Below, in pieces: positions 22,439-29,858 of a DNA stretch of 31,834 nucleotides (the first letter of the stretch is position 1; the number at the start of each line of letters is the position of its first letter). The notes under the pieces are model-generated. The model was not told the DNA's origin, did no database searches, and saw only the letters and a program-made list of their open reading frames with translations. The translations under genes and the position numbers were made by a program. Source of the DNA: a virus; IMG/VR virus record IMGVR_UViG_3300031760_000361, positions 1 through 31,834 of that record; one strand, written 5' to 3'.

Positions 22439-23762
22439 TTCTTAACTCTTCTCTTTCTTGCTTATACATATTTGTATAAGTTTCGTCGTCTATTGGCTCG
22501 TCTATTAGTTTGTTAAGGATAGGAGTAATAATTTTAGAACGTACTTCATAAGGAACAGCCGTTGTCCTTTGTATAGCTCCTAGCACTTGTAACTTTTTCA
22601 TATCGTCAAACCTTTCATTACTTCCATAGTCCCACACTAAGTCTATAGGAATAGCGTTTTCTTCTATCTTTAAGCTTTGTTGTAGTTTTACTACGTTAGT
22701 AATTAAGTTATTTACTTGAGGTTCTATTTGTTTCTTAATAGCCTCTATAGTCATATCCGTAAGGTTAGCGTTTAACTCTATATTAGCTACATTTTGGTAA
22801 GAGTCTTTCTCATAACCGAATGTGGCTGGACTTAAGTTAGCTAGTTGTATGACTTGGTAATCACAAAACTTAAATGTTTCTATATACTTATCGGTTCTAA
22901 TATCACCTTGTAGGAACTCGAATATTTGGTGCTCTCTATCTCCTGGCATTAATGTAAAGTAGTCCTCCATACTTTTAACCGATAAGGTTTGTATTTCGTA
23001 CATATTACTTCTAGGTTGCCAACTACTTGCCACGTCACCCGTTTGGTAATGTTGGCTTGTAACTATCCTAGTCTTAGTCTTTTCTATCTCATCAGCTAAA
23101 GTGTTAAATACGTGCATTTCTTCGTTTAGGAACTTTTCACTATGCTTAAAGAAGTCTTGCCCTATATCTATATTGATAATTGGATAGTAAGGCAGGTTAT
23201 AGAAAGATTTATAAGAAGAACCTGTCAACTTATTAAATCTTCCTATATCTATCTTTATCCATTCATTTTTATTTTTAACTTTTTCGTAAGCTTGATACTT
23301 GATAGTAGCCGTTCCATCATCTTTTAACTCTATATGGCGTTCTAGGGAATAATCATTATCTTTACTTTCAAAGTCTTGGATAATATCACAGCTTATGACT
23401 CTATCAAACTTCTGCACTAAGTTATGTATCATACACTTTGGTATACACTCTAGATAAACCTTATTATCAAACTTATGTATATAAATAAAACTTTCTCTAT
23501 CATATACAGCTTCTTCTAGTGCTTCTCCTAGTGTTGGCATTAGCCAATTAATATCTAAGCCCTCCGTTTGTGTAACTAAGTCGCTACCGAATAGTTGGTT
23601 ACGGATATATGTACCTATCTTTTTAGCACTTGGAGCTAATACGTATTTGTACTCGTCCTTTATATTTGGTATTCCATTTGTATATCCTGGTACACTTACT
23701 TTAGTCTTTATTTGTATAAAAGGAGCTCTTAGTATTTCGCTTGCTCTTAGTTTTCCATTCAT
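22419..23762 (-). CDS. Portal protein
   Basis: 447-aa ORF between the terL region and the MuF-like gene. Size and position are canonical for a portal. Confidence 0.65.
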   Translation of the reverse strand: MNGKLRASEILRAPFIQIKTKVSVPGYTNGIPNIKDEYKYVLAPSAKKIGTYIRNQLFGSDLVTQTEGLDINWLMPTLGEALEEAVYDRESFIYIHKFDNKVYLECIPKCMIHNLVQKFDRVISCDIIQDFESKDNDYSLERHIELKDDGTATIKYQAYEKVKNKNEWIKIDIGRFNKLTGSSYKSFYNLPYYPIINIDIGQDFFKHSEKFLNEEMHVFNTLADEIEKTKTRIVTSQHYQTGDVASSWQPRSNMYEIQTLSVKSMEDYFTLMPGDREHQIFEFLQGDIRTDKYIETFKFCDYQVIQLANLSPATFGYEKDSYQNVANIELNANLTDMTIEAIKKQIEPQVNNLITNVVKLQQSLKIEENAIPIDLVWDYGSNERFDDMKKLQVLGAIQRTTAVPYEVRSKIITPILNKLIDEPIDDETYTNMYKQEREELRIEYEEI

Positions 23763-24028
23763 TTAAACTCAACTCCTACTTCATCTATTACACCTAAGTA
23801 GGTAATCTTCTTTATTTCGTCAGTTTTAAGCACTCTAACGGGTGTTACTATACGCCCTACTATAAACTTACCGAACTTATCTTTATGTCCTACTATGGTT
23901 ATGTAAATGGGTTTTTTATCGAATAGCTCATCTCTTAGTTTGATTTTCTTTATTAACGCTCCGTCGTAAAATAGGTAGAGTTTCCATCTTTTAATATCGT
24001 GTATCTTCTGGATAAGTTTCTTAAACAT
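23759..24028 (-). CDS. Hypothetical protein (start moved to ATG 24028)
   Basis: The track ORF starts at a TTG (24040) inside the U-run of the upstream terminator-like hairpin. The first ATG (24028-24026) gives MFKKLIQKIH... (89 aa). The stop overlaps the portal start (ATGA). Confidence 0.5.
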   Translation of the reverse strand: MFKKLIQKIHDIKRWKLYLFYDGALIKKIKLRDELFDKKPIYITIVGHKDKFGKFIVGRIVTPVRVLKTDEIKKITYLGVIDEVGVEFK

Positions 24029-24055
24029 AAAAAAACACAACCTCTCTAGGCTGTG
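24029..24055 (-). terminator. Terminator-like hairpin + U7 immediately upstream of the portal-proximal gene
   Basis: Minus strand CACAGCC-tagaga-GGTTGTG (24055-24036, one G-U pair), followed by TTTTTTT (24035-24029). Confidence 0.5.
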
Positions 24056-24106
24056 CTTCTAAATGCGAGTCAATAACTCCAAAATTGCACTTCTTTTTCT
24101 AATTAC

Positions 24107-24134
24107 ATTATAACATCTATTTATTTGTCTACAA
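24107..24134 (-). promoter_or_regulatory. Candidate promoter (TTGTAG-16-TATAAT, extended -10 TGtTATAAT)
   Basis: Minus strand reads TTGTAG (24134-24129) ACAAATAAATAGATGT TATAAT (24112-24107). It lies in a 94-nt intergenic gap, about 45 nt upstream of the terminator-like hairpin. Confidence 0.5.
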
Positions 24135-24338
24135 TTATTTATTTTTAGAAACATTCTCTATAAATGTATAATGTGTCAAGTAAATGTCATATACTTCTAC
24201 TTCCTTGCATATCCTACAAGGTACTGTTACTCGTAAAGGTATCAATTGCTCTATACCCATATCTTTTAAGTTTTGTACGTAGCTTTCTATATCTACCTTA
24301 CATAAGAACCTATGCGAACGTTTGCATTTCAAAATCAT
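24135..24338 (-). CDS. Small Cys-containing hypothetical protein (start moved to ATG 24338)
   Basis: ATG at 24338-24336 overlaps the TGA of the TerL C-terminal ORF (ATGA). The product is MILKCKRSHRFLCKV...VPCRICKEVEVYDI (67 aa), a possible zinc ribbon. Confidence 0.45.
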   Translation of the reverse strand: MILKCKRSHRFLCKVDIESYVQNLKDMGIEQLIPLRVTVPCRICKEVEVYDIYLTHYTFIENVSKNK

Positions 24339-24580
24339 ACTATAGGGCACCTACCACTATCTACAAACTCTCTTATGATATATCTAGTAGCGTCTACTGA
24401 GTTATGAACTATTATTCCGTTCGCAATAAAATTATGAGTATCTTTCACCTCCATATTATAAGTATCTTCTTTGCCTACATATTTTATCTTCTTAACGTGA
24501 GCAATCTTTACACATTTTCCTGTAGGAGTATTTGTTGCAAGTGTATTCTTTGCCACATTTAATGCATTTTCTTGTTTCAT
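24335..24580 (-). CDS. terL: Intein C-terminal half fused to the C-terminal 21 aa of the large terminase
   Basis: Residues 36-60, GKEDTYNMEVKDTHNFIANGIIVHN, match intein blocks F/G and end in His-Asn. Ser+1 follows (24400-24398), then SVDATRYIIREFVDSGRCPIV, which resembles the conserved TerL nuclease C-terminal D-A-x-R-Y region. The ATG at 24580 is preceded by AAGGAAAAGTGGGGTAGATA. Confidence 0.75.
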   Translation of the reverse strand: MKQENALNVAKNTLATNTPTGKCVKIAHVKKIKYVGKEDTYNMEVKDTHNFIANGIIVHNSVDATRYIIREFVDSGRCPIV

Positions 24581-25421
24581 TATCTACCCCACTTTTCCTT
24601 CTATATGCCGATTTGCATTTATTACTACAAAATCTATTCATACCATTATTAATTTTATAGTATTCTTTGCCACAATTTTCGCATATAAATTTTATAGGTT
24701 TCAAAACCCCCAATGATATTTTATATAGTTCTTTATGAAATTCTTTTGCCTTGTCACTTTTATGCCATTCTACAGCTTTAGGTCTTGCTTTTTCATTTAG
24801 ATTTTTTCTATATCGCTCTCTTTGTTCTTCCGTCATTTCTATTCCGTGTAACTTTTTATGTGTTTTGCTAGATATAATTTCTAAATTATTTATCTCGTTA
24901 TTATCTTTGTTATGGTCTATATGGTGTATATCATATCCTTTGGGGATTTTCCCGTTGTATTTCTCCCACACATATCTATGTAGTCTTACTCTTCTCCCAC
25001 TTACAACACCTGATAAATAATACCCTGTTTTCTTATCTTTTTTAAATTTAATATTGTCTATTATTCCGTATCCGTTTTTGTATTCAATTTCCATTTTTAT
25101 CACCCAATATAATTATATCATATATCGGCTCGTATCTATATATCAAACATACAAAATTTCGTCTTTTTCTGTCAACTCACTTAACAATACATATCCTCTC
25201 GTTGTTAATATAGGGTGGTCTGATGTCCCTCTTATCTTATAGCCATTATCAAGCTCTAATTCGTATATATCTACATTTTCCATAGTCTTATGGCAATTAT
25301 AATATTCTTTTTCTACTATAACCCCATTTTCATAAGTGTATACTTTACCCTCAGTATTAACTAATTCTTTTATAGGTATATCTCCTTTTGTTGTGCTTAC
25401 TATAGTTTCACCTACAAGGCA
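24401..25421 (-). mobile_element. Intein region interrupting terL: IntN (25421-25146), free-standing HNH gene, IntC (24580-24401)
   Basis: Cys1 codon TGC is at 25421-25419, directly after ...KKELDH. Block A is CLVGETIV and block B is GTSDHPILT. IntN ends in a TGA stop after 92 aa. The terminal HN/S is at 24406-24398. Confidence 0.75.
24492..25103 (-). CDS. Free-standing HNH homing endonuclease (HNH_3-like + C-terminal zinc-ribbon repeats), copy 3 of 3
   Basis: KGYDIHHIDHNKDNNEINNLEIISSKTHKKLH is the HNH signature. The C-terminal motifs are CENCG...CSNKC and CIKCG...CKDC. Start is GTG 25103 or ATG 25094. An extended -10-like TGATATAAT lies just upstream. Confidence 0.85.
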   Translation of the reverse strand: MIKMEIEYKNGYGIIDNIKFKKDKKTGYYLSGVVSGRRVRLHRYVWEKYNGKIPKGYDIHHIDHNKDNNEINNLEIISSKTHKKLHGIEMTEEQRERYRKNLNEKARPKAVEWHKSDKAKEFHKELYKISLGVLKPIKFICENCGKEYYKINNGMNRFCSNKCKSAYRRKSGVDNETRKCIKCGKEYTCNKYSYRKMCKDCSR

Positions 25422-26738
25422 ATGGTCTAGTTCTTTCTTATAGCAATTTATACCACTATTAGCACTTTTAACTCTATCGTATTGGTAAGAGTCAAACTCT
25501 AATAAGCTCCTATCTACTACGTCTTCTTCATATCTTCCGTCTGGTAGGATATATCTAATACTAGGCTCTTCTAATATGTAGAATATCTCCTTATCTAGTA
25601 GGGATTGTAAGTGCTGTACTCCCTCATCTACTGAACCACTACCTTTACGTGATAAAGTGTGTTTTATTCCGTCAGTTATTAATCTATTATCAAAATGGGA
25701 AGCTTCGGAGTCTATCACTATATCCGTTATAGGTATGTTAGGGTACTTATCCTTAAGTAGTAGTATAAACATTTTAAGCTCTTTAGAGTAATACTCCGTA
25801 GTAGGGTTATCGCCCTCTTTTTTACTATCGTGATAGTAACATTGGAGCCTTACCAGAACCCAACGTCTATCGCTTTGTCTAAAACACAAGGCTATAGGCA
25901 CAAACGTAGTAGGATTTACACTACCATAGTCTATACCGATACCGATTTCACGTATTACTAAGCCGTCCATAGACTTGATTTTATTTATCTTATTAAATAC
26001 TTTACCCTCAGCTATTACCCATTTATTAAATACCTTTTGCTCTCTTAAGGTGCCCGTAAATGAGTGGCACGCTTGCCTTATCTTATCTTCGGTATCTAAT
26101 ACGGGGTTATCATAAGGGAAAAAGACATATTTCTTACTATCTTTTCCGTCTATATATTTTACTTTATAAGGGTGGTTATCGTTACCCTCTACGTTATATG
26201 AGTCTATTCTTTTGTAGTATGGGTGTCCCGAGTAACTCATCATACGCCCTGGTATTTCGTCAAAGCTTTCTTGTAAGGTGTTACTTGAGTATATCCTCGC
26301 CGACTCATCTACCCATACGAATATTAAAGGCTTACCTAGTATCCTATTAAATGATAGGTTGGTATTAAACCCAAAGAAGTAGAACCTCATTCCGTATATA
26401 TCTAAATACTTATCTTGTTGTCCGTATTTTAGGACATACTCTTTACCATTAGTAAAGTGATACTCATTAGTAAGTATTTTCTCTAATGGCTCTATTATAT
26501 TGGACTTGATAGTGTCAGTAGTCCACCCAATTATGGCTCCGTAGTAATCTCGAGGCACGTAATCTTTATTTTTTCGTTGCTCTTGCTCGTATTTTTGCAA
26601 CTCTTTAGCATATTGAATAAAAGAAAAGTCTATACAATGTGTCTTACCACTTTGTGTAGAACCTAGTACGCTTATTTCAGGAATAAAGGGACTTATTATA
26701 TCGTTATAGAGTGCTATTTGTTTCTTCGATAGTATCAT
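25143..26738 (-). CDS. terL: Large terminase N-terminal 439 aa (ATPase + most of the nuclease) fused to the intein N-terminal half (92 aa)
   Basis: Walker A is LGSTQSGKT and Walker B is LIFVWVDES. Nuclease-domain acidic motifs are GIDYGSVNPT and IVIDSEAS. At residue 440 the sequence switches to CLVGETIVSTTKGDIPI...GTSDHPILTTRGYVLLSELTEKDEILYV, then stops. Confidence 0.85.
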   Translation of the reverse strand: MILSKKQIALYNDIISPFIPEISVLGSTQSGKTHCIDFSFIQYAKELQKYEQEQRKNKDYVPRDYYGAIIGWTTDTIKSNIIEPLEKILTNEYHFTNGKEYVLKYGQQDKYLDIYGMRFYFFGFNTNLSFNRILGKPLIFVWVDESARIYSSNTLQESFDEIPGRMMSYSGHPYYKRIDSYNVEGNDNHPYKVKYIDGKDSKKYVFFPYDNPVLDTEDKIRQACHSFTGTLREQKVFNKWVIAEGKVFNKINKIKSMDGLVIREIGIGIDYGSVNPTTFVPIALCFRQSDRRWVLVRLQCYYHDSKKEGDNPTTEYYSKELKMFILLLKDKYPNIPITDIVIDSEASHFDNRLITDGIKHTLSRKGSGSVDEGVQHLQSLLDKEIFYILEEPSIRYILPDGRYEEDVVDRSLLEFDSYQYDRVKSANSGINCYKKELDHCLVGETIVSTTKGDIPIKELVNTEGKVYTYENGVIVEKEYYNCHKTMENVDIYELELDNGYKIRGTSDHPILTTRGYVLLSELTEKDEILYV

Positions 26739-27027
26739 CAGCTACCTCTTTAGTAGCTTTTTCTTTTTCTATCTCTTTTATCTTTTTATTTATCTTACTT
26801 ACTTTTTTTATCTTTTCTACTTCACAATCACAATCGCTATTGTTTAGTATTAGTTCGTTTTTTTCATACTTTAGTTTTTCCTCTTCTGATAGTATTACAC
26901 TATTACTACCTTTTAGTAAGTATTTGTCACCTACTTTGATAAATTCCATACTTAATACTCCTCTCATAAAATCGTCTATCATATAGTCATTTCTTCTATT
27001 CAATTCCTCTAAGTTAATTTTTTTCAT
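26704..27027 (-). CDS. Hypothetical acidic protein between the terS-like gene and terL
   Basis: 107-aa ORF overlapping both neighbours. No motif recognised. Confidence 0.5.
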   Translation of the reverse strand: MKKINLEELNRRNDYMIDDFMRGVLSMEFIKVGDKYLLKGSNSVILSEEEKLKYEKNELILNNSDCDCEVEKIKKVSKINKKIKEIEKEKATKEVADDTIEETNSTL

Positions 27028-27364
27028 CGTACATAACCTTTTCTAAATTAGAATTGTCTATTACTCTTATTTCTATACTAGGTGTACCTGTAGAATTAAC
27101 AGCGTCATCTATATAATCCATTATAGTTTTATAGTTTTCAGCTTTACCTTGCATAGCACCTTTTATTAATCCTAACGTTATATTTTCCCCATAGGTTTTA
27201 CCATTTTTAGTAGGCTCTTCTAGTAGCCTTTTAAGTATTTCTATTTGTTCTTTTCGCCTGTTCCTTACCTCGCCACTTTTAATACCACCATTCCTACCAG
27301 CACTTACCGGTTCAATACCGGTTCCAAACCTAGTAGCTTCACTATTAGGTACTGTTTTTGCCAT
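27014..27364 (-). CDS. terS: Putative small terminase subunit
   Basis: 116-aa ORF upstream of terL, with a basic N-terminus (GRNGGIKSGEVRNRRKEQ) followed by a helical region. The assignment rests mainly on position. Confidence 0.4.
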   Translation of the reverse strand: MAKTVPNSEATRFGTGIEPVSAGRNGGIKSGEVRNRRKEQIEILKRLLEEPTKNGKTYGENITLGLIKGAMQGKAENYKTIMDYIDDAVNSTGTPSIEIRVIDNSNLEKVMYDEKN

Positions 27365-27368
27365 AGTA

Positions 27369-27524
27369 TCACTTCCCTACATATTTTATTTTCATTAAAT
27401 TAAATAAACCTTTTCTAAATCCTTGTATATCACCTTTTAGTATTTGTCCTTTAAAAGTTTTGTATTGTTGTTTTGTTAGTCTATGTCTATAATCGTTTAA
27501 TAAAATAAAACATTCTCTAATCAT
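27369..27524 (-). CDS. Small basic ORF (51 aa); not in supplied track
   Basis: ATG at 27524-27522 overlaps the TAG of the methyltransferase gene (ATGATTAG). TGA at 27371-27369 lies just before the terS-like ATG. Hand translation: MIRECFILLNDYRHRLTKQQYKTFKGQILKGDIQGFRKGLFNLMKIKYVGK. Confidence 0.4.
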   Translation of the reverse strand: MIRECFILLNDYRHRLTKQQYKTFKGQILKGDIQGFRKGLFNLMKIKYVGK

Positions 27525-29007
27525 TTAATAACACAGCTTTCTTACCTGTAAAGTTTTCCCATCTTTGTATTATTACATCTACCCACTTTGGTTCTAATTC
27601 CATAACATAGCAATTTCTATTATTTTGTTCACAGGCTATTAATGTACTACCACTTCCACCAAATACATCAAGTACATTTTCATTTTCTCTGCTTGAACTT
27701 TTTATTGCTCTAGTACATAATGCTATTGGTTTTGGAGTTGCGTGTCCTCCTGCGCTTTCTCTTTCTTCTCCACTTGTTTTGCTAAAATGCCATACATTAT
27801 TCATATTATCGTGTGTATTATTAAAGTATGCTCTTGTTGAATAATACTCTGCTTTTCTTTTTTCATACTCTGCTTTTATTCCATTTACATTTTCAAAAAT
27901 ACTTATTCCTTTACTTTTTGCATATTCTTGTAATGCTTTAAAGTTTTCTTCTGTTGGAAAACTCCATTGTGATTTGCTCCACCAATGGTTTACAGTTCTT
28001 CCATCTTTATAACCAAGTGCATTTGCTATTTTTTGGTCGCTTTCACCTATTTTTTTTATTTCTTTTTCTAAATAACTTCTTACTGGTTCCCATTCTTCAA
28101 AATAATTATCTTGGTTAGTATTAAATCCTTGTACTCCACACATAACAAATAAACATTTTTCATCTGCTATTGGATACATTCTAAATTCACTTGCTAATTG
28201 ACCTTGACCATTTCCTTTATCCCAAGTGATAAGATTTCTAAAAGTAATTTTATTTTCTTTTTGCATAGGTTTTAAAATATTTGAATATATATCCATTAAT
28301 GGTTCATCTATTCCCCAACAATACCAACTTCCATTATCTTTTAAATTATTAAATGTTATAGGTATCCATTTTTTATTAAATTCTAGTAAATCATCATAGT
28401 TAAGGTTATCATTTGCTACACCATCATTTTCTTTTTTCATTCCGTAAGGTGGGTCAGTAAATACCATATCAGCCTTAACACCATTCATTAATTTTGCTAC
28501 ATCTTCTTCTTTTGTGCTATCTCCACACATTAATCTATGGTTTCCTAATTGGTATATATCTCCTAATTTTGCTTTTGGTTCTTCTGGAACATCGGGAACT
28601 TCATCTTCTACTATTTCTTGTTCTTCTTCTATATCTAAATCAATATCAAATCCAAAATCACTCATATCAATAGTATCAAAGTTAATTAATTCATCGTTTA
28701 GTATATCTAAATCAAAATCACTATTCATAGTTAATTTATTATGTGCTAGAGTATAGGCTTTTCTTTCTTCATCAGTTAAATGGTCTAGACGTATTATAGG
28801 AACTTCTTTATAACCTAACTCTTTACATGCTATTAATCTACCATGCCCCTCAACTATTTCGTCTTTCCATATACCAATAGGGTCATCCATACCGAATAAC
28901 TCTATAGACTTCTTTATCTGGTCTATTTGCTCTCTAGGGTGTTTCTTAGCGTTATTCTTATATGGTTTTATTGTATCTATATCTACATACTCTATCTTAA
29001 GTTTCAT
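27517..29007 (-). CDS. ParB-like nuclease N-domain fused to a beta-class N6-adenine/N4-cytosine DNA methyltransferase
   Basis: The ParB-N motif is IVEGHGRLIACKELGYKEVP. Methyltransferase motif IV, FTDPPYG, precedes the AdoMet-binding motif I, VLDVFGGSGSTLIA; this order defines the beta class. Confidence 0.85.
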   Translation of the reverse strand: MKLKIEYVDIDTIKPYKNNAKKHPREQIDQIKKSIELFGMDDPIGIWKDEIVEGHGRLIACKELGYKEVPIIRLDHLTDEERKAYTLAHNKLTMNSDFDLDILNDELINFDTIDMSDFGFDIDLDIEEEQEIVEDEVPDVPEEPKAKLGDIYQLGNHRLMCGDSTKEEDVAKLMNGVKADMVFTDPPYGMKKENDGVANDNLNYDDLLEFNKKWIPITFNNLKDNGSWYCWGIDEPLMDIYSNILKPMQKENKITFRNLITWDKGNGQGQLASEFRMYPIADEKCLFVMCGVQGFNTNQDNYFEEWEPVRSYLEKEIKKIGESDQKIANALGYKDGRTVNHWWSKSQWSFPTEENFKALQEYAKSKGISIFENVNGIKAEYEKRKAEYYSTRAYFNNTHDNMNNVWHFSKTSGEERESAGGHATPKPIALCTRAIKSSSRENENVLDVFGGSGSTLIACEQNNRNCYVMELEPKWVDVIIQRWENFTGKKAVLLND

Positions 29008-29101
29008 TTTTACTCCTTTACTAAGCCGACAGCTTAACCCTCTACTAGCCTTGTCCTTACAAGTTCGGCTCCCTAGTTCCCATTAATCAACCCTTTTTAT
29101 T
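29008..29101 (-). other. 94-nt comparatively GC-rich leader upstream of the methyltransferase gene
   Basis: Minus strand reads GGGAGCCGAACTTGTAAGGACAAGGCTAGTAGAGGGTTAAGCTGTCGGCTTAGTAAAGGAG. It contains a local hairpin CTTGT-aagg-ACAAG nested inside a longer-range pairing AGCCGA...TCGGCT. This is an unusual gap in an otherwise overlapping gene series. Confidence 0.3.
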
Positions 29102-29515
29102 CTATTGAAGTTTAATTAATGGTTCATTTATACTATCTAGGAACTTGATTGCTTCTTCTTTGTTATTAAATGTTTGTTTAAATTTCATACCATTAGCTAC
29201 AACCCATAACTGATTTACTTTAATTTTTCCGTCAATTATTACGTATTTATCTTCTTCTCTTTTAGTTGTTTCATATTTAGGTACCGGTCTAGTACTTTCT
29301 ATTACATTAAATTCTTTAGGTTCTTTGTTAATATTTTGATTAAATCTTTCTCTTTTAACTTCTTCATTAGTTAATTCCATGTAATCACACCTAGCATATA
29401 AATAACTGTTAGGTATTACATATTTAGTACCTTTTTCTTTGTTATAGTACTCGCTTATATCTTTGTTAATTATAGTTACATTATTCATAAACGTTCTTAA
29501 ATCTTCATTTACCAT
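29102..29515 (-). CDS. Hypothetical protein
   Basis: 137-aa ORF with a codon pattern like its neighbours. No motif recognised. Confidence 0.5.
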   Translation of the reverse strand: MVNEDLRTFMNNVTIINKDISEYYNKEKGTKYVIPNSYLYARCDYMELTNEEVKRERFNQNINKEPKEFNVIESTRPVPKYETTKREEDKYVIIDGKIKVNQLWVVANGMKFKQTFNNKEEAIKFLDSINEPLIKLQ

Positions 29516-29518
29516 TAT

Positions 29519-29836
29519 TTAGTCCACCTTTACTTTTCCAACTTCTTTTTTTAACTCATTTCTTATGGTTTCAGTAGGTATATAAATATCTGGTATTTTA
29601 TTAGCTTCTTTAAGTTCTCGCCAATACTTACGTTGGTCTTTATCCTTTATAGACTCCAAGTTGATTGCTCTTGATTTAATTATATCGTAAAGAGGTTCGT
29701 TTTTGGGAATACTATTTAATTTCATACTAAACTCTTCATAACCTAACGTCAATAAATCGTCAAACTTAATGTTGCCATAGTTCCTACACCAAAAGGGGTA
29801 TATATCCTTAAGGTCGTAAGGGAGGCATATTATCAT
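29519..29836 (-). CDS. Hypothetical protein
   Basis: 105-aa ORF. No motif recognised. Confidence 0.5.
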   Translation of the reverse strand: MIICLPYDLKDIYPFWCRNYGNIKFDDLLTLGYEEFSMKLNSIPKNEPLYDIIKSRAINLESIKDKDQRKYWRELKEANKIPDIYIPTETIRNELKKEVGKVKVD

Positions 29837-29858
29837 TTTGCCTCCCTTTTTCCCTTGA

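Noticed and set aside
24135-24338. The 67-aa Cys-containing protein as a Mu Com-like translational regulator of the methyltransferase.
   Set aside because: Only loose resemblance (KC....RFLCK ... PCRICK). The first CxxC is incomplete, the spacing between Cys pairs is much longer than in Com, and the gene is 3 kb from the methyltransferase.
24335-26738. The split terL/intein as a simple sequencing or assembly frameshift in a contiguous HNH-containing intein.
   Set aside because: Joining the three ORFs would need removal of two in-frame stops (25145-25143 and 25115-25113) and a frame change within 24492-24580. Each piece also has its own plausible start signal. An artefact cannot be fully excluded without reads, so this is kept as the main refutation test rather than the preferred reading.
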